A stretch of DNA of 64,000 bases from an uncultured Eubacteriales bacterium (GTDB lineage: Bacteria; Bacillota; Clostridia; Saccharofermentanales; UBA5734). Position numbers and translations under genes: made by a program. The notes beneath the pieces are model-generated. The model made no database searches, was not told the origin of the DNA, and worked only from the letters and a program-made list of their open reading frames with translations. Below are positions 17,670-26,515 of this stretch, in pieces (the stretch's first letter is position 1; each line of letters begins with the position of its first letter). The stretch covers positions 48,621 through 112,620 of the forward strand of contig CAILLO010000077.1 of assembly GCA_903835065.1 (NCBI GenBank), in the 5' to 3' direction.

Positions 17670-20186
17670 ATGGAAGCATTCTGGGCGAAGACCGTGGAGG
17701 ATCTCCGGAAAGCGCTGGCGAGTCCTGCGGAGGGCCTGACGGCCACCGAGGCGGCCTCGCGTCTGGCCCGGTCGGGGCCGAACGATCTGGGAAGGAAGAA
17801 GGCGCACGGGCCTGTCGTCGTCTTCCTGTCGCAGTTCAAGAGTCCGATCATCCTGATCCTGCTCTTCGCGACCGGCCTGTCCCTCTTTCTCGGGGACACG
17901 ACCGACGCCGCGATCATCTTCGCCATCGTCCTCGTGAGCGGCCTGCTCGGCTTCTGGCAGGAATTCCGCGCCGGCCAGGCGACCGAGGCGCTGCTCGCGC
18001 TGGTGCGAATCCGCGCCACGGCGCTGCGCGACGGCAAGCCCCAGGAAGTGGACGTCGCGTCCCTCGTCCCCGGCGACGTGGTGCGGCTCGAGGCCGGAGA
18101 CAAGGTCCCGGCCGATTCGGCGCTGATCGATTCGACCGCACTGTTCGTCGACGAGTCCACGCTCACGGGCGAGACGTTCCCCGTGGAGAAGCAGGCGGGC
18201 GTCCTCCCGGCGGATGCGGCGCTCGCGAAGCGGACGAACGCGCTCTGGATGGGCACCCACGTCGTCAGCGGCAGCGCCCGGGCGTTGGTCGTCCAGACCG
18301 GCCGCGGCACCGAATTCGGCAGGATCTCCGAGCACATGCGGCTACGGCCGCCCGAGACCGAGTTCGAGCGAGGCATCCGCCGGTTCGGCTACCTGCTCAT
18401 GGAGATCACGCTGCTCCTCGTCTTCGCGATCTTCGCGACCAACGTCCTGCTCAAGCGCCCGCCGCTCGACTCTTTCCTGTTCTCGCTCGCGCTCGCCGTC
18501 GGTCTGACGCCGCAGCTCCTTCCTGCGGTCATCAGCATCAACCTTTCCCACGGTGCCCGCGTCATGGCCAGCCGCAAGGTCATCGTGAAGCGGCTCTCCT
18601 CCATCGAGAATCTCGGCAGCATGGACGTCCTCTGCTCGGACAAGACCGGCACACTGACGGACGGGACCGTGAAACTCCAGGGCGCGCTCGACCTGGCCGG
18701 GAACGAGAGCGAGCGGGTCTTCCTCTACGCCTACCTGAACGCCTCCTTCGAGGCGGGCTTCCGCAACCCGATCGACGAGGCCGTCCGCGCGGCCCGCACG
18801 CTCGACATCTCCGGCTACGCGAAGCTCGACGAGGAGCCCTACGACTTCACGCGCCGCATGCTCAGCATCCTGGTGTCGGAACCCGGCACCGGCCGTTCGC
18901 TCATGGTCACCAAGGGCGCGCTCGACAAGGTGCTCGCGGTGTGCGACACGGCCGAGCGGCCCGACGGGACCCTGCAGCCGATCGACGAGGCGCGCAAGGG
19001 GATCCGGAGCCTGTACGAGCAGCACAGCGCTCTGGGGCACCGCACGCTCGGCCTCGCGTACCGCCACCCCGGCGAGGACCGCCTGATCGGCCGCGACCAC
19101 GAAACCGGCATGACCTTCCTCGGGTTCCTGACCCTGTACGACCCCCTCAAGGAGAACATCGTCGAGACGATCGACCACCTCAAGCGCCTCGGCGTCTCGC
19201 TCCGGATCATCACCGGGGACAACCGGCTCGTCGCGGCCAGCCTCATGAAGAAGCTCGGCATCCCCGAGACCGAGATCCTGACCGGGACCGACCTCGCGAC
19301 GACCAGCGACCGCGCCCTGATCCGACGGGTCGGGCACGTCAGCGTCTTCGCCGAAGTGGAGCCGAACCAGAAGGAGCGGATCATCGTCGCCCTCAAGAAG
19401 GCGGGGCACGTCGTCGGGTACGTGGGCGACGGCATCAACGACGTGTCCGCCCTCCACGACGCAGATGTCGGCATCTCGGTCGACGGGGCGGTCGACGTGG
19501 CCAAGGAGGCAGCGGACGTCGTGCTGCTCGAGCGCGACCTCGCCGTGCTCGCCGCGGGCGTCGAGTCGGGCCGCACGACCTTCGCCAACACGCTGAAGTA
19601 CGTCTTCATGGCGACGTCCGCCAACTTCGGCAACATGTTCAGCATGGCCGGGGCGTCGCTCTTCCTGCCCTTCCTGCCGCTGCTGCCGAAGCAGATCCTG
19701 CTGACCAACCTGATGACCGACTTCCCCGAAATGACCATCGCGTCGGACCGCGTCGACGCCGAGATGGTCGACCGGCCGCGCCGCTGGGATATCGGCTTCA
19801 TCCGGAAGTTCATGATGACCTTCGGACTCGTGAGCTCGGTCTTCGATTTCCTGACCTTCGGGGCGCTTCTGCTCGTCGCCCACGCGACGGAGACGCAGTT
19901 CCGGACGGGCTGGTTCCTCGAGTCGGTCCTGTCCGCCTCGCTGGTCGTCCTTGTCGTTCGCACCCGGAAACCGTTCTTCAAGAGCCGTCCGGGCCGCTGG
20001 CTCGCGCTCGCGACTTCCGCGGTGGCGGTCGCGACGGTCCTTCTCCCCTATACGCCGCTGGCCGGACCGCTGGGCTTCGAGCCGCTGTCCGCGCCCGTGC
20101 TGTCCATGATCGTCGTCATCGTCGCGCTCTACGCACTGGCCGCGGAGACGGCCAAGCGGATCTTCTACCGCATCGTGAAGAACTGA
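17670..20186 (+). CDS. mgtA: magnesium-translocating P-type ATPase
   Basis: LTGET, AVGLTPQLLP, CSDKTGTLT, TGDN, GDGIND and SANFGNMFS motifs; RBS GGAGG. Confidence 0.93.
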   Translation: MEAFWAKTVEDLRKALASPAEGLTATEAASRLARSGPNDLGRKKAHGPVVVFLSQFKSPIILILLFATGLSLFLGDTTDAAIIFAIVLVSGLLGFWQEFRAGQATEALLALVRIRATALRDGKPQEVDVASLVPGDVVRLEAGDKVPADSALIDSTALFVDESTLTGETFPVEKQAGVLPADAALAKRTNALWMGTHVVSGSARALVVQTGRGTEFGRISEHMRLRPPETEFERGIRRFGYLLMEITLLLVFAIFATNVLLKRPPLDSFLFSLALAVGLTPQLLPAVISINLSHGARVMASRKVIVKRLSSIENLGSMDVLCSDKTGTLTDGTVKLQGALDLAGNESERVFLYAYLNASFEAGFRNPIDEAVRAARTLDISGYAKLDEEPYDFTRRMLSILVSEPGTGRSLMVTKGALDKVLAVCDTAERPDGTLQPIDEARKGIRSLYEQHSALGHRTLGLAYRHPGEDRLIGRDHETGMTFLGFLTLYDPLKENIVETIDHLKRLGVSLRIITGDNRLVAASLMKKLGIPETEILTGTDLATTSDRALIRRVGHVSVFAEVEPNQKERIIVALKKAGHVVGYVGDGINDVSALHDADVGISVDGAVDVAKEAADVVLLERDLAVLAAGVESGRTTFANTLKYVFMATSANFGNMFSMAGASLFLPFLPLLPKQILLTNLMTDFPEMTIASDRVDAEMVDRPRRWDIGFIRKFMMTFGLVSSVFDFLTFGALLLVAHATETQFRTGWFLESVLSASLVVLVVRTRKPFFKSRPGRWLALATSAVAVATVLLPYTPLAGPLGFEPLSAPVLSMIVVIVALYALAAETAKRIFYRIVKN

Positions 20187-20198
20187 CCGGAAGGTCCC

Positions 20199-21503
20199 CT
20201 ACAACAGCCCGAGCAGCAGGTCCTTGAAGAGCAGCAGGTTGAGAATCGTCACCACGGCCGCGCATAGCCACAGCACGGCGGCGTTCAGCGTCGAATTCCG
20301 GTATTCGCCCATCACCTTGCGCGAGGACGTCAGCCGGATCTGGAGCAGGACCGTGACCGGCAGCTGGATGCTGAGCAATAACTGCGAGATGATGAGCCCC
20401 TGGAAGGGGTCGCCGGTGACGAGGACCAGCAGCAGCGCGGGGACCAGCGCGACGAAGATGCCCATGCGGCTGTGCTTGTCGGTCGCGTCGAAGGGCTCCT
20501 TGAAGAATCCGGCGAAGATCGAGCCGCTCGCCATGCCGGCCGTCAGCGAGGCGGAGATTCCCGCGAACAGGAGCCCGACGGCGAAGATCACCGCGGCCGC
20601 GGGGCCGAGCAGCGGCTTGAGCATCGCCTGCGCCTGGCCGAGCTCCGTGACTTTGGTTCCGCTCGCGAAGAAGGTCGAGGCGGCGAGCAGGATCATCGCA
20701 CTGTTGATGGCCCAGCCGACCGACATCGAGAACAGGGTGTCGAGGAACTCGAAGCGGAGCTGCCGGTCCACGACCTTCTTGTCCGAGAGTTGCCACTGCC
20801 GGCTCTGGATGATCTCGGAGTGCAGGAAGAGGTTGTGCGGCATGACGACGGCTCCGAGCACGCTCATGAGAATCGGCATCGAGCCGGGCGGGATGGAAGG
20901 AACGACCCAGGCGACGGCGGCGGTGCCCCAGTCGACGGGAGCGAGGAAGGTCTCGATCAGGAACGAGAAGCCGATGATGGAGACGAACCCGATGATCCAG
21001 CGCTCGATGCGCCGATAGGAATTCGTGAGCAGCATGACCGCCGCCAGCAGGAACATCAGGACCTCCCCGATGCGCAGGGGAAGCTGGAACAGCATCTGGA
21101 GGGCGATCGCGCCGCCGAGCAGTTCGGCGTAGGCCGTGGCGACCGCGGCGAGGATGCCCGAGGACAGGATCGGGATGCTGTACCGGCGACGCAGGTGGAT
21201 CGTCGCGGCTTCCGCGAGGCAGTTGCCGGTGGCGATCCCGAGGTGCGCCGCGTTGTGCTGCAGCAGGATCAGCAGGACCGTCGACAGCGTGATCACCCAG
21301 AGCAGCGTGTAGCCGAAGTCGGCGCCGGCCGAGACGTTCGAGGCCCAGTTGCCCGGGTCGATGAAGCCGACCGTCACGAGAAGGCCGGGTCCGATGTACT
21401 TCATCAGTTCCAGTGCGCGGGCGCGGGCGCCTTCGGGGCGGCACTCGCGGATCAGGCGGTCGAGCAGGCCGTTCGGCTTCGGTCGCTTCTCCTCGGAGCC
21501 CAT
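20199..21503 (-). CDS. mntH: Nramp-family divalent metal transporter (clade B-like)
   Basis: GFIDPGNWASN (TM1) and VMPHNLFLHS (TM6) motifs. Confidence 0.92.
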   Translation of the reverse strand: MGSEEKRPKPNGLLDRLIRECRPEGARARALELMKYIGPGLLVTVGFIDPGNWASNVSAGADFGYTLLWVITLSTVLLILLQHNAAHLGIATGNCLAEAATIHLRRRYSIPILSSGILAAVATAYAELLGGAIALQMLFQLPLRIGEVLMFLLAAVMLLTNSYRRIERWIIGFVSIIGFSFLIETFLAPVDWGTAAVAWVVPSIPPGSMPILMSVLGAVVMPHNLFLHSEIIQSRQWQLSDKKVVDRQLRFEFLDTLFSMSVGWAINSAMILLAASTFFASGTKVTELGQAQAMLKPLLGPAAAVIFAVGLLFAGISASLTAGMASGSIFAGFFKEPFDATDKHSRMGIFVALVPALLLVLVTGDPFQGLIISQLLLSIQLPVTVLLQIRLTSSRKVMGEYRNSTLNAAVLWLCAAVVTILNLLLFKDLLLGLL

Positions 21504-21513
21504 GAGGTCCTCC

Positions 21514-23277
21514 TTACTCGATCCGGATGCCGAAGATCTTCTTGGCGTAGGAGCCGACGACGATCATGTTCCCATAGGCCGACGGTGAGGATTCGACGTT
21601 GGCGCCGAGGGACACCGTGGAGTAGTCCGCGCCGGTCAGCGGGTCGAACAGGTGCATGTCCCCCTTGAAGTCGCAGAAGATGCCGTACGTCTTGCCGTCG
21701 TCGCCCTTGATGGCGATCGGGGAGCTCCAGCTGTAGGAAGCGAGCTCGCGCTGCCAGACGACCGCGCCCGTCTTCGTGTCGAGCGCGAGCAGCGTGCCCG
21801 CGTACCGGGCCGTCGTCTTGGCCACGTTGAAGATCACGACGCCGGACAGGTCGTCCTGCCCGACGAGCGGCGTGGCGAGGAGCCCGCCGTTGATGCTGGC
21901 GTCGTATGTGCAGCGGATGTCGTGCTGCCAGATCAGCTTGCCCGTGAGGGCGTCGAATTTCCGGAGGTTGCAGGGAGCGCTCGTGGACGACGTGCCATAG
22001 CAACGGGTGTCGATCTCGTTGCCCGTGTAGAGGAACACGCCGTCCGCCGTTTCCTCGAGCACCGGCGTGGCGTCCGTGTCGTCGCCGAGGTCGGCCATCC
22101 AGACGGGCTCGAGCGTGTTGACGTCCATGCAGACCAGCGTTCCGCCGTTGTCCGTGAAGTACATGAGGTTCCGGTAGTAGGCGGCGGAACTCTCGGTGCC
22201 GAGTTTCGAGGAATAGGAGGACTTGTAGACGAACTTCACGATCGAGGGCGCCAGCGACAGCGTCCCCGACGCCGCGTCGAGCGCGGCATCCAGGTCCGTG
22301 CGGTAGATCACCCCGTTCTCGCCCGGTTCGACCATGATCCCCGTCTTCGCGTCGATCACGGCGGACGAGTCGAACGCGCCCCAATTGCGGGTCGTCACCG
22401 GGTCTTTCCCAGCGATCGCGAAGACCTGCTTGTTCCGGACCAGGTCGAACAGCCGGTACTGGAAGGGGGTGCTGATGCCGTTCGTGTCGTCGAGCCCCTG
22501 GCCGGTCATGAAGAGCGGCAGTCCGCGCGGGTCCAAGCACCCCGTCCCCTTGAAGGTCGTGCCGACGACGATCGGGGAGCGGGTGGGCAGCCCGGTCGCG
22601 AGGTCGAGGAAGTAGACGTTGCCGTCGAAGACGGGGTAGATCACCTCGACGAGGTCCTTGGCCTTCGCCTCCGCCGTGAGGCCCATCGCGAGGCGCGTGG
22701 CCTCGGGCCAGTGCACGATCAGCGGCTGGCCGGTCCAGCCGGAGCCGGGCCAGTAGCTTCCATAGCCGGTGGCGGCCCCGTCGGACTTCGTCCAGACGAT
22801 CTCGAGTTTCTTCTGGCTGACGTCCGCGGTACCGTAGGCGGGCGCGTTCCGGTAGTTGTTGCCGCGGAACGTGAGGACTCCCTGGAGGGCGGTGTAGTCC
22901 GCACCGGATCCGAAGACGACCGGTTTTTCGGCCTGGTAGGACGAAAGGAGCTTGTTGCCGGTCCCGTAGCGCCAGTAGGTGATCTTCGCGCCTCCGGCGA
23001 AGGTCTTCGAATAGGCGCCGCTGGACAGCCTGACCGGGGCGACGTAGCCCGCGAGCTTCGTGATGTCGATCGAGACGACGGGGGCGGGTGTCGGGGACGG
23101 CGTCGGCTCCGGCGTGGGCGTCGACGTCGGTTCGGGCGAAGCCGTCGGCTGCGGCGTGGCGGTCGGTGGCGACGTCGGCGTGCCCGGGAGCGTGCCGCAC
23201 GCGGTGCAGGCGAGCAGGATCGCGAGGGCGAGCGCCGTCGCGAGGGTCGTTCGGATCGAGCGGGCCTGGATCGTCAT
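21514..23277 (-). CDS. lipoprotein with Pro/Thr linker and PQQ-like beta-propeller repeats
   Basis: Lipobox-like ACTAC, PTATPQPTASPEPTSTPTPEPTP linker, repeated D-xx-TG-xx-W blades and SSP motifs. Confidence 0.85.
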   Translation of the reverse strand: MTIQARSIRTTLATALALAILLACTACGTLPGTPTSPPTATPQPTASPEPTSTPTPEPTPSPTPAPVVSIDITKLAGYVAPVRLSSGAYSKTFAGGAKITYWRYGTGNKLLSSYQAEKPVVFGSGADYTALQGVLTFRGNNYRNAPAYGTADVSQKKLEIVWTKSDGAATGYGSYWPGSGWTGQPLIVHWPEATRLAMGLTAEAKAKDLVEVIYPVFDGNVYFLDLATGLPTRSPIVVGTTFKGTGCLDPRGLPLFMTGQGLDDTNGISTPFQYRLFDLVRNKQVFAIAGKDPVTTRNWGAFDSSAVIDAKTGIMVEPGENGVIYRTDLDAALDAASGTLSLAPSIVKFVYKSSYSSKLGTESSAAYYRNLMYFTDNGGTLVCMDVNTLEPVWMADLGDDTDATPVLEETADGVFLYTGNEIDTRCYGTSSTSAPCNLRKFDALTGKLIWQHDIRCTYDASINGGLLATPLVGQDDLSGVVIFNVAKTTARYAGTLLALDTKTGAVVWQRELASYSWSSPIAIKGDDGKTYGIFCDFKGDMHLFDPLTGADYSTVSLGANVESSPSAYGNMIVVGSYAKKIFGIRIE

Positions 23278-23364
23278 GCGAGCCTCCTGAAATGCCGGGC
23301 CGTGGCCGGGCGAACGGGGGAACGGGAACGGAAGTCGGGAGTCGGGCCCTGGGATCGAGCCGGA

Positions 23365-23949
23365 TCAGCCTCTCCGGCCGATCGCCAGCGACCCGGCGAG
23401 CAGCAGCGCCGCACAGGCCATGCCGCAGGCCCACGCGAGGAACACGAGCCGCCCGATGCGGCCGATGCTCCGTTCGGGTTCCGCGAGGGACTGGGCGGCG
23501 ACCACGACGCCCTGGCCGTCGGCGAGGACGACGGATGCGAACCGCAACCCGGAGCGGGGTTGCCACGTCACGCGGTTCTCTCCGCTCGCGGCGGCGGCGG
23601 CGCGGGCGCCCGCGGGATAGACCGGCGCCGCGCCGTCGAGCGTGCCGGAGGACGCGACGAGGTTCCCCTGCGCGTCGTAGACCAGGACGAAGGGGGACAG
23701 GCTCGACTCGACGCGGACGGTCGACGAGGGGACCGCGTCGGGCGCCGCGAAGCCCGTCGCGAGCCGGTCCCGGGTCTCCGCCGCGAGCGCCGCGGGCGCT
23801 GCGTCGGCGCCGAGACGCAGGCTCTGCTGCGCGACCCCGTAGACCAGCAGGCAGGTGAATGTCAGGAGCAGGGCCGTCGCCGCGGCGACGAGCCACGGGA
23901 GACGCCGGGAGCGCGGATTCTTCGGGACCGGAGTCGATGCGTTCGGCAT
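23365..23949 (-). CDS. hypothetical 2-TM membrane protein with extracytoplasmic sensor-like domain
   Basis: RBS GGAGGAGG; N- and C-terminal hydrophobic helices flank QQSLRLGAD...SLSPFVLVYD...NRVTWQP...GLRFASV. Confidence 0.75.
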   Translation of the reverse strand: MPNASTPVPKNPRSRRLPWLVAAATALLLTFTCLLVYGVAQQSLRLGADAAPAALAAETRDRLATGFAAPDAVPSSTVRVESSLSPFVLVYDAQGNLVASSGTLDGAAPVYPAGARAAAAASGENRVTWQPRSGLRFASVVLADGQGVVVAAQSLAEPERSIGRIGRLVFLAWACGMACAALLLAGSLAIGRRG

Positions 23950-24076
23950 AGGGGTCCTCCTCCCGGCATTCCGCCGGAACGCCCCCATTATCCCACAAAC
24001 TCCACCGGCATGGGAAAGGCGGCCCGAAGACTTCCGTCTCCTCCGCCGCCTCTCCGCCGGGAGCGGGCCGTCCGGT

Positions 24077-24208
24077 CTACAGCGACTCGTGCGACCCGTC
24101 GCAGAAGGGCTGCGCGGCGCTTCTGCCGCACGCGCACCAGTAGCAGGTCTGTCCCGCCTTGACGTCGACGGGGCTCGGTCCGGTTCCCGCGATCGTGTCT
24201 TTCTTCCT
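24077..24208 (-). pseudogene. CDGSH iron-sulfur (NEET) domain mini-ORF lacking a canonical start codon
   Basis: Reads (R)KKDTIAGTGPSPVDVKAGQTCYWCACGRSAAQPFCDGSHESL*; complete CxCxxSxxxPxCDGSH motif; AGG at the expected ATG position. Not in the ORF track. Confidence 0.8.
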
Positions 24209-24224
24209 GTGTGTTTCCCCTTTT

Positions 24225-25016
24225 CTACTCCGATCCCGCTTCCTGTTCCTCGAACAGGTAGCAGGTCATAGATAGCGATCCCATGGTGCAGGTGTCGTTG
24301 AATACGGTCAGCCGGTCGTCCGGTCGCGATGCGCCGAGGACATGCAGCAGCGGGTCGAAGTGGTCGGTCGTGGGCACGGACAGCGCCGCATCCGCTCCGG
24401 CCGCCCGGTATCCGAGCACGCCCGCGTGGTCGCCCTTCACGACGCGCTCCTTGATATAGGCGTCGAAACGTTCGGCCCAGGGGTGTCCGCCCGTCATCCC
24501 CCAGCCGACGCGGCCGAGGTTGTGGACGACGTTGCCGCTGCCGAAGACGAGCACGCCTTCGTCGCGCAGCGCACCGATCGCCCGCCCGATCCGGAAGTGC
24601 TCCTCCGGCGTCGCGTCGCGGTCGACGCTGAGCTGGAACACGGGGACGTCGACCTTCGGGAACATGCGGCAGAGGACGGACCAGGTGCCGTGGTCGAGCC
24701 CCCAGGTGTCGTCGATGCGGACGTCCCCGCCGATCAGGTCCTTCGCGCGGCGCGCCGTCTCCGGAGCGCCGGGGGCGGGGTACGCGACCTGGTAGAGCGC
24801 CTCGGGGAATCCGTACATGTCGTATACCATCCGGGGGTGCGGGTCGTCCGAGACGCGCACGCCGTCGGTGAACCAGTGCGCGGAGACGGAGAGGATCGAC
24901 TTCGGGCGGACGAGGCCGCGACCGACTTCCTCCCACTTCCTCGTGTATTCGTTGTCTTCGATCGCGCTCATCGGCGATCCGTGTCCGACGAACAGCGCCG
25001 GCATTCTCTGGGACAT
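24225..25016 (-). CDS. ygiD: 4,5-DOPA dioxygenase extradiol (LigB fold)
   Basis: MPALFVGHGSPM, SAHW, WGLDHGTW, GSGNVVHNL and PTTDHFDPL motifs. Confidence 0.93.
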   Translation of the reverse strand: MSQRMPALFVGHGSPMSAIEDNEYTRKWEEVGRGLVRPKSILSVSAHWFTDGVRVSDDPHPRMVYDMYGFPEALYQVAYPAPGAPETARRAKDLIGGDVRIDDTWGLDHGTWSVLCRMFPKVDVPVFQLSVDRDATPEEHFRIGRAIGALRDEGVLVFGSGNVVHNLGRVGWGMTGGHPWAERFDAYIKERVVKGDHAGVLGYRAAGADAALSVPTTDHFDPLLHVLGASRPDDRLTVFNDTCTMGSLSMTCYLFEEQEAGSE

Positions 25017-25117
25017 CGGGGTTCCTCCTGGATTCCATCGTCCGATGGACGGACTTTCTACGATGATACCCCACATCTCACTCCTGACTTGTACCGGATG
25101 TAACGGAACCGTCCGCG

Positions 25118-25145
25118 TTGACACGCCGCGGCCGCGGCGTATGAT
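25118..25145 (+). promoter_or_regulatory. sigmaA promoter with perfectly palindromic spacer
   Basis: TTGACA, 16 bp spacer, TATGAT; ACGCCGCGGCCGCGGCGT (25123-25140) is self-complementary. Confidence 0.65.
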
Positions 25146-25183
25146 GAATAAGGCGTTTCGCCCCCGAAGGAGGAAATCGGACC

Positions 25184-26470
25184 ATGGCAGCCGCGATCGT
25201 GAACCAGAAGCTCCGTTCCGCCTTCCCCGCCCTCACGCACCGCAACTTCCGCCTGTTCTTCTTCGGACAGTGCATTTCGCTGATCGGCACGTGGATGCAG
25301 AACATCGGCCAGGCCTGGCTGGTCCTCCAGCTGACCGCGGGCCAGTCGGACGCCCCGTTCAAGCTCGGCCTCGTCACCGCGCTCCAGTTCCTGCCCATGA
25401 TGCTGTTCTCCCTGTTCGCGGGCACCTTCGTCGACCGCCTGCCCAAGCGGGGGGTGCTCGTCGCCACGCAGTCCGCCCTCGCCGTCCTTGCGGCGGCCCT
25501 CGCGACGCTCACCCTGCTCGGGGTCGTCCAGTACTGGCACATCCTCGTTCTCGCCCTGCTGCTCGGCTTCGTCAACACCCTCGACATGCCGACCCGCCAG
25601 TCCTTCTTCGTCGAGCTGGTCGGCAAGGAAGACCTCATGAACGCGATCGGTCTCAACTCGACGATCTTCAACCTCGCCCGGATCCTCGGTCCGGCCGTGG
25701 CCGGGCTCCTGATCGCCCTGATGGGCATCGCCCCCTGCTTCTACCTGAACGCGGCGAGCTTCCTCGCCGTGATCGGCGGGCTGCTGCTCATGCGCCTTCC
25801 CCGGACCGGGGTCCCGAAGGGAGAACGCCGCTCGCTGCACGATCTGTGGGTCGAGATCCGCGAAGGTCTCGGTTACGTGCGCCGCAGCCCCGCGATCCTG
25901 TATCCGCTCGTGCTGCTCGCGATCTGCAGCCTCTTCGTGATGAACTACAACGTCCTGGTCCCGATCTTCGCGACGCAGAACCTCCACCAGGAGGCGACCG
26001 GCTACGGACTGCTCATGACGGCACTCGGGGCCGGCTCGTTCATCGGCGCTCTGCGCGTCACGACGAACAGCAGGTCCGGCCCGCGCTTTACGGTCCTCCT
26101 CGGCGGGGCCGCCGGCATGTGCGTGCTGCTGGGCGCCCTGGGCTTCGTGAAGAGCTACGCGCTCGCCTGCGTCGTGTTGCTCGGCGTCGGCTTCTGCGCG
26201 ATCAGCTTCACGACGCTGGTCAACTCCAAGATCCAGCTGACGACCGATGACCGGATGCGGGGCCGCGTGATGAGTCTCTATTCGCTCGTCTTCGGCGGCG
26301 TCACGCCGATCGGAAGCCTATACGCGGGCAAGCTCACGGAGATCTCCGGAGCGCCCGGCTGCATGTGGGCGAGCGGCGCGATCGGCGTCGTCGGGACCGG
26401 GATCGTGCTCTTCCTGCTGTCCCGCGCCCTGAAGAAAGGCCGGAGTCCCGCCGCATCGGACGCCGCCTGA
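25184..26470 (+). CDS. MFS transporter (MFS_3/DUF894 type)
   Basis: HRNFRLFFFGQCISLIGTWMQ, DMPTRQSF and MRGRVMSLY motifs; about 12 TM segments. Confidence 0.93.
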   Translation: MAAAIVNQKLRSAFPALTHRNFRLFFFGQCISLIGTWMQNIGQAWLVLQLTAGQSDAPFKLGLVTALQFLPMMLFSLFAGTFVDRLPKRGVLVATQSALAVLAAALATLTLLGVVQYWHILVLALLLGFVNTLDMPTRQSFFVELVGKEDLMNAIGLNSTIFNLARILGPAVAGLLIALMGIAPCFYLNAASFLAVIGGLLLMRLPRTGVPKGERRSLHDLWVEIREGLGYVRRSPAILYPLVLLAICSLFVMNYNVLVPIFATQNLHQEATGYGLLMTALGAGSFIGALRVTTNSRSGPRFTVLLGGAAGMCVLLGALGFVKSYALACVVLLGVGFCAISFTTLVNSKIQLTTDDRMRGRVMSLYSLVFGGVTPIGSLYAGKLTEISGAPGCMWASGAIGVVGTGIVLFLLSRALKKGRSPAASDAA

Positions 26471-26515
26471 GGTCCGGCAGTCCGACGGTCCGACGGTCTC
26501 GACCCGCTCCGGGAC

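Noticed and set aside
15294..18376. Apparent fused or N-extended kinase and regulator ORFs (also 23365..25074, 27828..29297, 30019..31959, 37417..38817, 43765..46245)
   Set aside because: Extensions are read-back through neighbouring genes; RBS-supported internal starts give normal-sized proteins.
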